Positions 37,593 through 49,800 of a stretch of 64,000 bases of DNA are shown here, in pieces. The position numbers and the translations under genes were made by a program. The DNA comes from Balanoglossus misakiensis (lineage: Eukaryota > Animalia > Hemichordata): contig CM082584.2 in NCBI GenBank assembly GCA_040954595.2, positions 10,448,190 to 10,512,189 of the forward strand, in the 5' to 3' direction. The first letter of the stretch is position 1; every line of letters begins with the position of its first letter. Below the pieces are notes generated by a model. The model saw only the letters and a list, made by a program, of their open reading frames with translations, made no database searches and was not told where the DNA came from.

Positions 37593-38601
37593 CTGCCTCT
37601 TTCAGCTATTGTTAATTGAAAGCATTCTATTTGTCTAGTTTTTTTAATGTGTTAACCCAGCACCCTCTTGTCTGCAACCTTGTTCGTAAAAATTAAAACT
37701 TTTTTTCTCATCTGGTGACTCAGTGACAATGGCAAATGTATTCCTTTAAAATCTGTGCACAAGACATGCATGTCGTCTTGTTTCAGTTTGTATCACAGAT
37801 CCTCTACTCCCCTGAGATTAAGTTCATTAAAATTAAGATGGAGGGTTGTTTTTGCCTTCAATCTACCCCCACCAATAATGACATCTTGATGATCAACAAA
37901 CATTTTTCCTTTTATCCTATTGTGTAAGGTGTGTGGTGATTGGCTGTCAGAGAATGACATCAAATTTTATCAATCTGCTCATCACCAATATTCATGGCAT
38001 AGATTGATAACACAGATATCACAGCAGCAAATCACATTTCTCACCTTAATCTTTGGCAGGCACACTTTAAATGAACTTCACAGTGTCCCTTTGCACTCAG
38101 AATTCAATCATGGTCAACAGTTGTGTTTCGTAATTTTATTATACAAGCCAACAACCCTAGAAAACACAGCGTCTGTGACTGGACCGTTTGTTTAGCCACT
38201 GCACTAGAATGCTAACAGATAACACTTAATATGGAGACATGTTTTTATGTTCAAGCTAGAGAAGGTGCACATTGAAGTATAGAAAGACACATAGCAAGGA
38301 CGCAATGTGATTTCAAGTGAAACAGATGATTTGGGTGAGAAATGTTATTTGCTGCCCACATTTTAGTTGTTCATCACCGATATATTGTTTTTCCTCTGTT
38401 ATTTTGCAGTTACGTAACCAAGCAGAGACGGAACTCCGAGCTTTGCGGGCCGAACTCACGCAGAAGAAAATCAACGTCACACTGTCCAGATCACAACAAC
38501 TTCAAGCTTTACAGGAATCTGAGGAGGGAATGTCGTACATGTCACCGAGAAGCCCTTTGCCGACCAGAAGACCTGGCGGTCCCACTCCCCGAGTACAATG
38601 A
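17504..38601 (+). CDS. SPATA1: Spermatogenesis-associated protein 1-like (up to ~1488 aa with a long low-complexity centre and coiled coil)
   Basis: Exons: 17504-17551, 21608-21714, 25887-26004, 28740-28793, 28949-29132, 30815-32536, 32675-32981, 33310-33816, 34289-34534, 35088-35132, 35720-36161, 36281-36377, 36503-36628, 36773-36945, 37104-37202, 38410-38601; phases all compatible. The N-terminus (RPPSEQLADLHVYVIPIESWN...SAGFVRVFPEITIYSLRDEIEEQLG...YVFLKSVG...VKGRQEIELKVKNFLPP..PEIFLLP) and C-terminus (RDAWKKKYFEEKK...KMKLTTEMKLRNQAETELRALRAELTQKK) match the conserved ends of SPATA1 as I recall them. The central exons are less certain. Confidence 0.85.
18149..18205. repeat. Near-perfect 57-nt palindrome/hairpin
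   Basis: aaaagtggtttacgggct (18149-18166) is the exact reverse complement of 18188-18205; an inner ctgttttt/aaaaacag pair is also present. Confidence 0.9.
20151..20220 (+). ncRNA. Candidate miR-34/449-family pre-miRNA, intronic and sense to SPATA1-like
   Basis: 20161-20182 AGGCAGTGTAGTTGGTTGATTT carries the GGCAGTG seed and matches 19 of the first 21 nt of vertebrate miR-34c-5p as I recall it (AGGCAGTGTAGTTAGCTGATTGC). It can pair, with many G-U pairs, with 20192-20215. Confidence 0.5.
23572..24384. repeat. Tandem duplication, 403-bp unit, two copies that appear identical
   Basis: Sequence from 23572 recurs from 23975; identical ORFs at 23635 and 24038; AGTTTAA microhomology at 23572, 23975 and 24378. 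Confidence 0.95.
37557..37591 (+). repeat. (TCTG)n microsatellite, intronic
   Basis: Tandem TGTC/TCTG units seen directly; a similar tract lies near 13495-13516. Confidence 0.9.
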
Positions 38602-40758
38602 TTGATTCAGTTTCACTCATATCACAGAGTCATGTTTATTTTTTACATTAATATGCACTTGTTTTGTTTCATTTACATGTACAGTAATTGTTTCTTGAAA
38701 TCAAAATTCTCATAAATATTAGAAATTCACAAATGTTAACATTTCTGTTTTAAATTTTGTAGCCTTGCATGATCACACAAATCAGTACTTTTTTCTATCA
38801 ATTTCTTTCTTGTAAAAAGTTAATTAAACATTTAGCTGATAAAACTGGGGACTGAGGAATTTTTTACTGAAATGCAGTATCTCATTTTGACCGTTTCATA
38901 ATACACTTTATTCAAATTTTGGCGTATTGGACAATATACATATTACTGTCTCTAGTTTATATTGGTCTTCAGACTTGTTACCTTGGTTACCGCAGACTAG
39001 TTTATTTGGGTTTCCAAAAACTAGTGTGTTGGTTACCACACCCCACTTCACACTGAACTTGACCATTTAGCTTTATCAGTTTGCATTTGTAGAGTGCTAT
39101 GATCATGTTGTAAAGTTTGTTTTAGTTTTGTAAATAATATTTTGTTATGCAGTTACCAGTTTTTAACTATTTCAAGGTAAACAGGCAGTAACAATGTGTT
39201 TAACTCATACCTACATATATACATACACACACATACATTGTGTAGAACTACACACACACATACTCGTACATACATACACACACATACATGAAATATCTGG
39301 TTATCAAGAGGATTGCAAGGGATCACAAATCTGCATCAAGCAAGCAAGCAATCTGTATCTGAGTATACACTAGTTGTAGACTTTAATGGACCAAATTTAT
39401 GACAGTATTATCTGACAGGAATTTCTCCGTATTTTTTTGTAAATTACTGTTTATTCTGTAAATTCACATGTACATACAACAATGTTAGACAGGTTGAATA
39501 TTATTACAAAAAGTATAAATATATCTATATTTGTCTTTGCTGTCTGTCATGAAAGAATGATCATTCTGGTCATGCTTTCAAAGCAGGTAAACATGGTAAT
39601 GTTTTGCATGTTATTTTGCACACAGGAACTGATTTTATTCCTCCCCTCCATTTTTGTTTTGTTCATTCATTTGTACCATACTACAAGCCATGCTGTGTTT
39701 GGTCAGTTGTTATGATGAACTGATTGTGTCTGATGCCTCTAAGAAACTGTATTTTCAAGTTGACAGACACCTTCCACCAATATGGGAGTGACAGATCCCC
39801 TGATCATGAAAGGTCACCATGTGGTTATGAAAGGTCACTGTATGTGGCCACTGAAGGTCGGTGTGATCTTTCAGTTGTATTTTCACGTCTAATACTAGTA
39901 AGAGGACAGTTCTGTTGGAAGAAAGCAGATTGGCATGTTGAGAGCATAAACAGATCTCCAATGGACTGTTGCATGGCTACCTTTTGATAATAGACAATTC
40001 AAGTCCATATCACAAGACATGAACTTTTTTGTATACAAAGATGTAAAGAAAATTTACCATGGTAATATTTTGATAGCTCAATATTTGTATTCATATTATT
40101 GTATAGTACGTGGTACCTTGGAGGAGCTGTTTGTTGCATGGACAGGGGACTTTTCCCACGTAGTGATAAAAAAAGACAATTTTCTAAGTTTTCAAACTAA
40201 GATGTAATTATGGTATACTTTATAATTAACAAATAAATATCAGCAAATATCACTATGGCAACGTTCTAGATGAGTATAAAATCTTGCTGGGGCCCGCCCT
40301 CTACAGTTTTCCTAACATTCACCGCTTGAGGGCGTCTGCTGATGTACATGACCCCCCCCCCCCCCCCCAAAAAAAAAAAAAGTTACAGTCAGCCACAATT
40401 CTCCAAGAAAGATCCCATGAACATATAACAGTGTTTGTTGGATGTGCATGGGTATTGTTGGATCTGCACAGTTGCTTCTTTTGCAAAATTTCATGTCGCG
40501 AAAATTACCTGTTTTACAGTTTTTGTGTGCATCTCTCTATATATTGATAGTATCCATCCTGTTATCCTTGCCAATGAATAGGTCTCAATATCTTACATCA
40601 TCTCTGAAGGCTAACACATTTGTTGAGATGCTACGCATCATGTGTATTTAGGTTACATTCAGATGATGTGATATATGACTCGTTTTGCTGACATTGATTA
40701 ATTACAACTTGAGGACCCAGGCTGCCCATGCCATCTTGCACACACACTCACAAGTGGT

Positions 40759-40822
40759 CTTATCTCTGACCTGACGACAGATAAACCGCCATTGTTTGAA
40801 CCAGCGTAGCAGTATTATATAT
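40759..40822 (+). promoter_or_regulatory. Proximal promoter of the vitellogenin-like gene: GATA sites, nuclear receptor half-site, TATA-like box
   Basis: CTTATCT 40759-40765, TGACCT 40767-40772, AGATAA 40779-40784 and TATTATATAT 40813-40822, upstream of ATG 40876. Confidence 0.45.
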
Positions 40823-40875
40823 CTAATCCCGTCCAGGTCCGCTTACGGATCTTGGAGTAAAGCGCACCAACGACC

Positions 40876-43800
40876 ATGAGGGTGTTTCCCCTTACATTCA
40901 CCCTGGTTTTACTTTGTAAGTATAAAAAGTGGGTCTTTTATTGTCGGTTGACAAGTTGTGTTCATTTTTAATAGTGTAAAGTTGGACTAGAGTTTGACAT
41001 ATCCTTGAGAAGCAGTGCACACATAGTGCTAGCCTTCAACGTATTGAGTTGATGTCAGAATGAATTTCTCATAGCAGCCTGACGTATTGTCGAGCCACAG
41101 AACATTGAAGGTTACACGTTTGTAAAATATTTCAGTTGTTGAAAGCTTGAGTGTACGGACTGATTTGCTTTGCGATTGGCCACAAGACCATTTTGTTTTA
41201 CGTCTATGACAAGACCAACGCAGTCAGTTGCATGTTTACTTTGACCTTTCAACTTTGATAACAGTCACTCGGCCATCAGTTTGTTATTTTTAAGATTACA
41301 GAACTTGAAAACAAGCATGTTCGACACGTATACTGTCGAAATATGGCCAAAGAATGTGTGTATGTTCGCTTGATTCTCCGCGCGAAAGACCCTTCCATCC
41401 CGTTGCTTATTGTCATATATTTTTGTTTTTCATCTTTTTTTCACAGTCGATGCGGCTCCTAGCAATATCATCAACAAGGAAGGTAAGTAAGCAATCTGTG
41501 ATTATAGCTTGATGAGCGACACAAACCACCCTGAAAAGCAGAAAGGGAAATTTCATAGTGTCGTGCGCTCGCCAGGGATCACAAAATGGGACGCGACGCT
41601 CTTTTGTTTGACCACCAAACTCCGAAAAACTTTTTGTACCCATAATTCAATGCGGTTTATTAGGAAAGATGGCGAAGCGTTTCAGGATCCTTGATGCAAA
41701 TTATCTTCCGCATAGTCTCCGTCCTCTGTGGTCGCCAGAAAACTCATGCCATAGTATTTCAAGAGTGACACCAAGAGAAAGGTCCGTTAATGTTGGGTGT
41801 GGTTGAAACAAGGCAGAATTTCGTGCCTAAAAGTATATCCGCGAAGAGATGAATTCCATCATCCGAGGATGGTACATGTCATGATTGTAAGTACCAAATG
41901 TATAAATGTCAGTTGTCATACTCTTGAGGCATTGCAGGCACAAGGACGAACTATAAACAACAGGTACTGCATGTAAAATTTAGACTCAATCAAGTTTTCA
42001 GACAGTCTCATTCGTATTTGAAGTTATTTTTAAAGGTCAAAATCGAGGAATGTGAAATAATTTCATCCGCGCACATCAAAGTTCGTTGAACTTCACGGGT
42101 ATGTGCATGTATGTAAATTACTGAGAATCCATTGCACATGTCGTTTGCTGGGATCGCATATTTTCAGTCACTTCGTTTGTCTTGTACAACGCGCATTTTT
42201 GCGACCACATTCGAAAATTCATGGTGGTTTTAGTAGGTGTGTACTCTCAAAAATTTGTTCGGTATAAAACATAGACAGTATAAACTATTGGTGGTTCCTG
42301 TGTAATTGTTTGTTTGTCTGTCTGTCTGTGTACTATGTCTGTCTGTTTATTGTATATTTTTTTCTTGGTTTGTTTTACTGTCTGTAGTTCATTACAAAAC
42401 AATACCAAAAACTGTTTGGACTACCGAGATGATAGAATTACCATACTAGTAATAATGCAAATGTTTTTGGCCAGAATGTGTTTGCATGCAATGAACATTT
42501 TACCGAAATTTACGGTCACAGTGATTGACTGATGTATGAATCACTTTCTGGCTTTTTTTCAGTTGTCACATCGTACAGGATTGGTAAAGTATATTCATAC
42601 TTCTATGAAGGCACTGTCAAAAGTGGACTACCCAACACTGGGAAAGAATATACCGGTCTGAAAATAGCTTGCAGACCTCAGATAGCCTTGGATGAGGATG
42701 GAACTGCTATTCTTAAGGTACAGTGTTCCACAAACATTCTTTGCAAATATCAAGTTACTCTCATAATATTTTCACAATGGTTAAGGCATGAACTTTTTTG
42801 GTATTTCAGCTATTGTCGCCAAGACTGTATGAGTACAACAAAACTAATGATGTTCACAAGGATGAACTGCTGAAAGTGTCTTCACTGAGCGACAAGTTCT
42901 CTGAAGAACTACAAACACCAGTCAAGTTTGACTATGTCTATGGAAAGGTGAGACTCACATGGTTTAAAAAATATATATTTCTCAGATATACATGTAAAGA
43001 TAATGCCAGAAGTTATATGCATTAAACTGAATTCCTTGGGTATAAATCAAAATGAAACTGCATCCCCAAACTAAAGCAGTATCAATGTCTAACCTTTTGA
43101 CTACCTTAGTTTGGTTCAACCCTGGTGTGTTCTATGGTGTGGTTGAATCCACTGTAAAGTAATGGGGGCGACAGGATTACAGAAGTTGATGTGTCAACTT
43201 AAATGTATCTCAGTGGGTAATACTACAAGACAGTGTTCTAATCCAACATTTTTTTTCCATGATCGTTCACCAGATTCTCAATGTGTATGCTCCAGAATAT
43301 GAACCAGAATGGATACTGAATATAAAGAAAGGTGTTTTGAGTTTGTTAAATCTTGACCTAGCCAGTGGCGATGGTAGTTCTACGTTCACTACTTATGAGG
43401 TATGGACATATAAAATACAATCCCGTTTTTTTGGTGAAGTTTGCGAAAATTTATCGCTCTCAAAAATTTCCCGTTTTACAGTATTTCTTACTTTGATAAA
43501 TTCCTTTTATCATTTCATGGACAGACTGGCGTTGTCGGTGAATGTGAAACACTGTATGACATAGTTGAGGCCACAACCGATGAAGACCGACTCCATTCGA
43601 TGAAGATTACCAAAGTCAAGAACATGAACAAATGTTTAAGACAACCTACAACCTTGTCCTCTCTGATCAAAACCAGGTCATGTGATGGCTGTGACTCTGA
43701 AGAGGTAGGCAGACCATCTTTTCAAGTTTTTGCCCCTTTTTTTCTTCATTATATGCTGTAAAAATTGGCACCCATAAATTATGGACCACACACTATATTG

Positions 43801-46800
43801 GCATATGTTGATAAGAAGAAGTTATATCTGTGTCACTACTAATAAATTACTTGTGTTTACAATTTGAGTATCTGTCATAACTACTGGATAAACACTTAGG
43901 ATTTATTGTTTATGCACTATAACTGAGACTTCAGAATGGGCAGATTTATTGACAAAAAATTATGAAATTACAGGTAGATGACAGCTGTCACTTCTGTTCA
44001 TTATAAATGAGCTCTGGGTTGGGGTTGATCTTAATAAAAACAAGAATGACATTTCCATTGTTAAAACAAACTGCTGAATAGATATTTGTAAACATAAATT
44101 ATGTATCTAAATATCTAAATATGAAGTCATGAAAGCACATGAATTATGTGAAATATGGTTGCAATACCAGTAGTGTTGTATCATAAATACGCTTTACATA
44201 CACTCCTTTTGGCTGTTTTGGCTATAATTTCAGAATAAGATACTACGCAGTGGTGTGGTGTACCACTATGATGTCACCGGCTCTCGGACGTCGTTCCTCA
44301 TCAATTCAGTCTTTGCTGAAGGACAGCATGTCTTCACTCCGTTTATCGAAAGTGGTGGCAGCGCTGTGACTATCACCAAGTAAGACAGATACCTACTTCC
44401 ATCTTAATGTCTTCAGAAGTTTTCATTGTAGGTGACTTTTGACTATAGATTTCTCATTTGTAGATTAGTGGAATTATCATACTACAGTAGGTAAGCACAT
44501 ATCAAGCACTAAACCATAAGTCTTAGCTACTGGTCACCATAAAAAAGGTTCATAATTTGTGTGGTTTTCTTTACTTAAATTTTACTGTTCAGTAATAATT
44601 CCATTTTTTTGGTAATTTCATTAATGATGAGGGCATGTCTCAAGCACAAGCATCTCCTTTTAAAAACATATTCCATATTTTAATTTCCAGGCAAAACCTG
44701 ACACTGCTCAATATCAAAGACTTGGATAACAACATTGAAGTTCCAGCAATGATGCACCGTGGTGACCTGATGTTTAAATTCCCCAAACAGGAGAAGACGA
44801 CGAGTCCACATGCATCCCAAAAGAAAGTAATTATTAATTTCTTTATGTCGCTCTTTGGTGAAGGATCACTGTATGAAGGTTACGAGAGAGAATGGCTTCG
44901 TCTGATCCGGAACTAATAATTATGTGTTATCAGCTTCATAAATGAACGATTTGTATTTTTCCCTGTACATGCATGTTCACTGAAAGTGTAATTCAATTGA
45001 TGCTGATATCTCAGCTTTTTTAACAGTCTTTGCATTGGTAGAACACTTTTAACCATTTCTCATGTAGTATACCTTTTCATTATGAACACCACCAAGTCCC
45101 TTTATATCACAATTAATTAATGTGCAATTTAGAATATTTACAGTGCATTTTATACCAGACCAGTAGTATATGACAGACTTTAAATATTTATGGAGAGGCT
45201 GACTGTTGATGAGGCTATGTGTTGGCTTTGCAAAGCTGAACTTTTAAGAATTATCATTGACATTATATGCTTTTAAACAGAAATTACATTAAGTTATGTT
45301 TGTAAATATTCTTCAACTGTACTATGACATTGCATTTTACCCAGATTGTCAGGTTGCACTGCAAGTTGATCAGTTTTGTCACCAGATGGCTATTTTGTTA
45401 TTGCATGTTTGTTTGCATGTTGGTTTTCATTGTAACATATTCCAATGAAGCTGCCAGACAGCTATTTTGATGCAAATTTTTGTCAACTGATTTCTTTGAA
45501 AATGTCTTTCTCTTTTATTCTAATTGTTTTGTCCAGTAAGGGACTGTGTCATTAACAATGACTGTGTTCATGTTTCATGTCTTCACAGTAATCTACATCA
45601 CTCACTCAACTCTGTGTATTCATCCAAACCATCAAGTATATGTTGTATGTAATAAAACTACCCTTTGTTACCAGGCACTATAACTGTGTTACGAATGATA
45701 CTTGTGGGATTAGCTGTGTGCATGATCATCTCCCAGTGTTACAAGATCAATTCTGTCCAGACTGACAGCTAAGTGCTGCATTGTGTGTGCATTCATTGAT
45801 TTCAAAAGGTTAGGTTGTCAAGTACCGTAGTGCCACGTCACCCAGGTATTGTACCATTTTGTGTCCACCATATACTGTCATGTACAGTGTAGTTTATACT
45901 TTAGTGTTGTGCACTGCAGTGTAGTGTCTGACATCATATATTTAAACTATAAACTTTCCTAAAATAAACAATAATTTGCTGCTGTGACATTACTGATTTA
46001 TCTATTTGTTGTCTTTAAGGTGAATTATCTGTTGGAACTTTTGACCAAGGAGAGTCACCACATGAAGGTATCTCCTGATTCACCAAGTCACTTCAATCTC
46101 CTGGTGAAATCTCTACGCGAGTGCAAGTCTAGTACCATTGCAGAGATCTTCAACACAGTCAAGAGTGATGCCAAGAAAAAGTAAGATTGTTTATCATACA
46201 TTCATTGGACATTTCAGTCACCGCCTGTTAAATCTTGTTATGGTATTTGATAAATCATGTTTAAAAGTATACATAGGTTGGTAGATATACCCGGTACACT
46301 TCTGTACCACATGTTGTTTACCGGTCAATTTTTTCCACAGGGAGTGGCTTATGGAAGGAATCAACATGATGGGAAATGAGCAGTCTATTCAACTGATACA
46401 GGAATTGATTGATGATGGTGATGTCAGGGAGTTGGAAATCGCCAAATTATTATTGGGTCTCGTCAATGTCCAAGAACCAACTGAATCTATGTTGGATGAT
46501 CTCATGGTATGTGTATAGCCCTGTCTCATAAAAATTTCAGCTTGATTGTTGTTGATTTTTGGATCTGCAGTATACCACCATGGTTTAGTCCAAACCGAAT
46601 GTTTTCTGTGGTAATTGGACTGATCAACAGACGGAAAGGGTGAAAGGGTTAATATGGTCAGTTTTCTCACAGAAATATAATGCTAGATGTGGCTTCATGT
46701 GATGAGACTGCATTTCAGATAAAGCGAAAAATCAAGATTTTCCCTCAGTATAGATCTTTTGTTTCAGACAATCTGCCTCCAAGATGTGATGGTGCTATCT

Positions 46801-49800
46801 TCCGACAACCTGAAGAAGCTCACGACTGATACTTATAAGGCAACCACTGCAATGCACCGTAGCTGTCTGTTGTCTTTTGGTACCTTGCTTGGAAAGTTCT
46901 GCGATGCACACACTGAGCCCTGCCCTGCCAAGTATGACCTGTTCTTGAGGAACTGCGAGGCAACATTCATCAATAAAGACATTCTCAAGGAAAAAGTACA
47001 GGTAAGTTGGCATTGCTTCATGCTAAAATACTAAAATATTAATATTTACCAAAGGTAAGTGTTAACACAGTGATGTTTATTACTTTCCTGTTTGAAGGCT
47101 GAAGAAATGAGCAAGATATTGTCGGAAGAAATCATGATGAAACGTCTGACTGAAGAAACCAAACTCACATGTGTGAAATCCATGGGTAATTCGGGACTGA
47201 AGTCTCATGTGAATGAAATAGCGGCAGTTCTCATAAATGGAGAGAATGACAACTCACTAGAGGTTCGTGTCAGTGCTGTCCATGCTCTGCGTAAGATTGC
47301 TCCAAAGGTGCCGAACAAGGTAAGAGTTTCAAAATGAGTTGATCACCATCATGATTTCATTTCAGTTTTAGCAAGCCTCAAAGCAAATCAGAATACACTA
47401 GCTCATCTATTTTCTCCCCTTGGCTGTTTGATTTGTGTCTGTACTACAGGTGCTGGCCGTTCTAATGCCGATCTATCGCAGCCCCGAAGAAGACCCAGAA
47501 CTGAGAATAGCCGCCTACCTAGTCATCCTGAAAACCAAACCGAGTCTGACTATTTACACACTGTTGGCGGAACACCTGAAGAAGGAAACTAGTAAACAAG
47601 TGGGTTCGTTTGTGTACTCGCATCTGATGGGCTTGGCCAACACAACTGATCCACATCTGAAACAAGAGTGAGTTTTATTTTGTAAAATATACCTTGCTTT
47701 AATACAGAGTGAAGTGTCTTGCTTTTACATCATCGAATTTGATCATGTGATTAAATCACTTATCTCTGTGAATTTAGTGATGTTGTAGAGGGTCAGTAGA
47801 ATGGCCTAGTGTTAGTCAGTGAAATTGAATTGTTTGAATCTGGTTTATTTCATGGGATAGTGCAGTTTTCAAACTCTGTAGTAAAAGCTGTGATCTCTGA
47901 TCTTTTTGCAGGGCACATTCTGCAAGGTTGGCTCTCCATTTTGCCCGACCGTTTGTTGTACCGTTCCTCAGCAATCTTCATATCTCCAGTGCATTCCACA
48001 AGTCTGTCTACCTGAGTAAGTATGGAAGTAACAGAGCATGCAGAGTTTGATTATATTGTCCTAATACATCCATTGGAAAATGTGTGGGAAAAATTGTACA
48101 GTACTGAAAGAAGGATTTCTCTTTCTTGCAGATGATCTTAAACTAGGTGGCTTTCTCGATGTCCATGATATTTTCACCCACAATTCCATTTTACCACGCT
48201 CTATGATGACAAGAGTGAATATTAATATCTTAGGACAAAACATTGATTTACTGGAGGTAAGCTTTGTGTCACATTGATTACAAGTTATCTTTCTTAATTC
48301 AGCTTCAATGCCATGAATGTTTTGGCCTTAACCACCCCAACCCCACCCCTATTGGTAGGGAAAATGTTATAGCAATAAGATAAGCAACTTGCTACTGGGT
48401 AGAACTAGAAGGACAGTTCATTTTGAGGGATCAGGAGAAATTTTTCAAAGTACAACTTCACATCCACCAAAAAATTCTTGCAATCATTTCAGGCAGGAGT
48501 ACGCGTTGAGGGCCTACAGGATGTCCTCGAGAAGTTCTTTGGACCAAAGGGATTCTGGAATAGACGTCAGTCTGTGTTTGATTTCCTGAAGAGACCAAAG
48601 AAGGACACGTCCAGGAACAAAATTAACAGGGAAGTGGACGCCATCACGGATAAGGTACAAATACCGAGTTTGTTTTCAATGTTGTCTTGGAAAGTAATGA
48701 GTGTGGAGTATTGTACAGTTACATGGAGATTTTAGTCTAGGAAAATGGTCCATGTCAGCCATATGGTCTGTCAAGGTACATGTATGGTTCAGATGTGATG
48801 TAACTTTTATGTCTGTGTGATGTATCAACCCTTTTGAACCTGACTCAGAAGATAACTTTTGAATGATGTCAGTTCACTGGGTATGGGGGTGTTAGGATGC
48901 AAAGATTCAGAGGTAACATGGGGTAGTTTACTGACCCCGTCCACTCACAACTATACTTTTCCTTCCCATGACAAATCAGTGGTCTTGGTTGTGTACATGT
49001 GTCTCCACGCAGGTTGACAGTCGTATATGCACAACAGAAGAAGTGAGAGGAAGTTTGTATGTCAGATTCTTTGATGATGAGGTGATGTATGAGACATTCA
49101 GCGAAGATGACATGAAGACTCTGATAACAGAGGGTAGATACCAACCTGGGAAAGGCAATTTTGAAGAGGCATTAAAGGAGGGACGTCACATTGTCTTCCA
49201 GAAAGGTGAGGTCAGGCGAATTTTGAGTACTTTGCCCGAATGACAACTTGGTTCTGTCTGCTTTCTGCAAATTCACACAAAGTTTGAAAGACACAAAAAT
49301 CGCAACCATTGCATTTATACGAGCTAGAAATATATGTTTGTGGAAGTATGGTTATTGTATTTATCATCGTTTGAAGATTGTCATTCTTGTCCTGAATTGT
49401 TGTTTTGATCGCAGCAACTTTGCCTTTGGATGTGGAGTATCAAGTGGCCACCATCTTGGGTCTACCGCTGTCTCTAAACGTCACGTCGGGGCTTGTCATG
49501 AAACTGAAAGTTAGTGGCAGCGCAAAGGTCAAGCCGAGTCTCTTTCATCACAGTCCGACTGAGTTGGAAGTCGACGGCATGGTGAATGCAAAGTAAGAAT
49601 GTAATGACTTGAAATTGTGTGGCGGTCCAGTCTTTGTGGTGTATGGGGAAGTGGTGCTTTTGGGTGAGATGTGTATATATATGTACACTGTTGTAGTAAT
49701 GTATGAAACTGTCATGTGTATTTTTTACAGTGCTGTGATGACTGTGGTTGGGAAGATGGGGGTGGACTCTACCCTGATCCAGACTGGTGTTGCTATCAAT

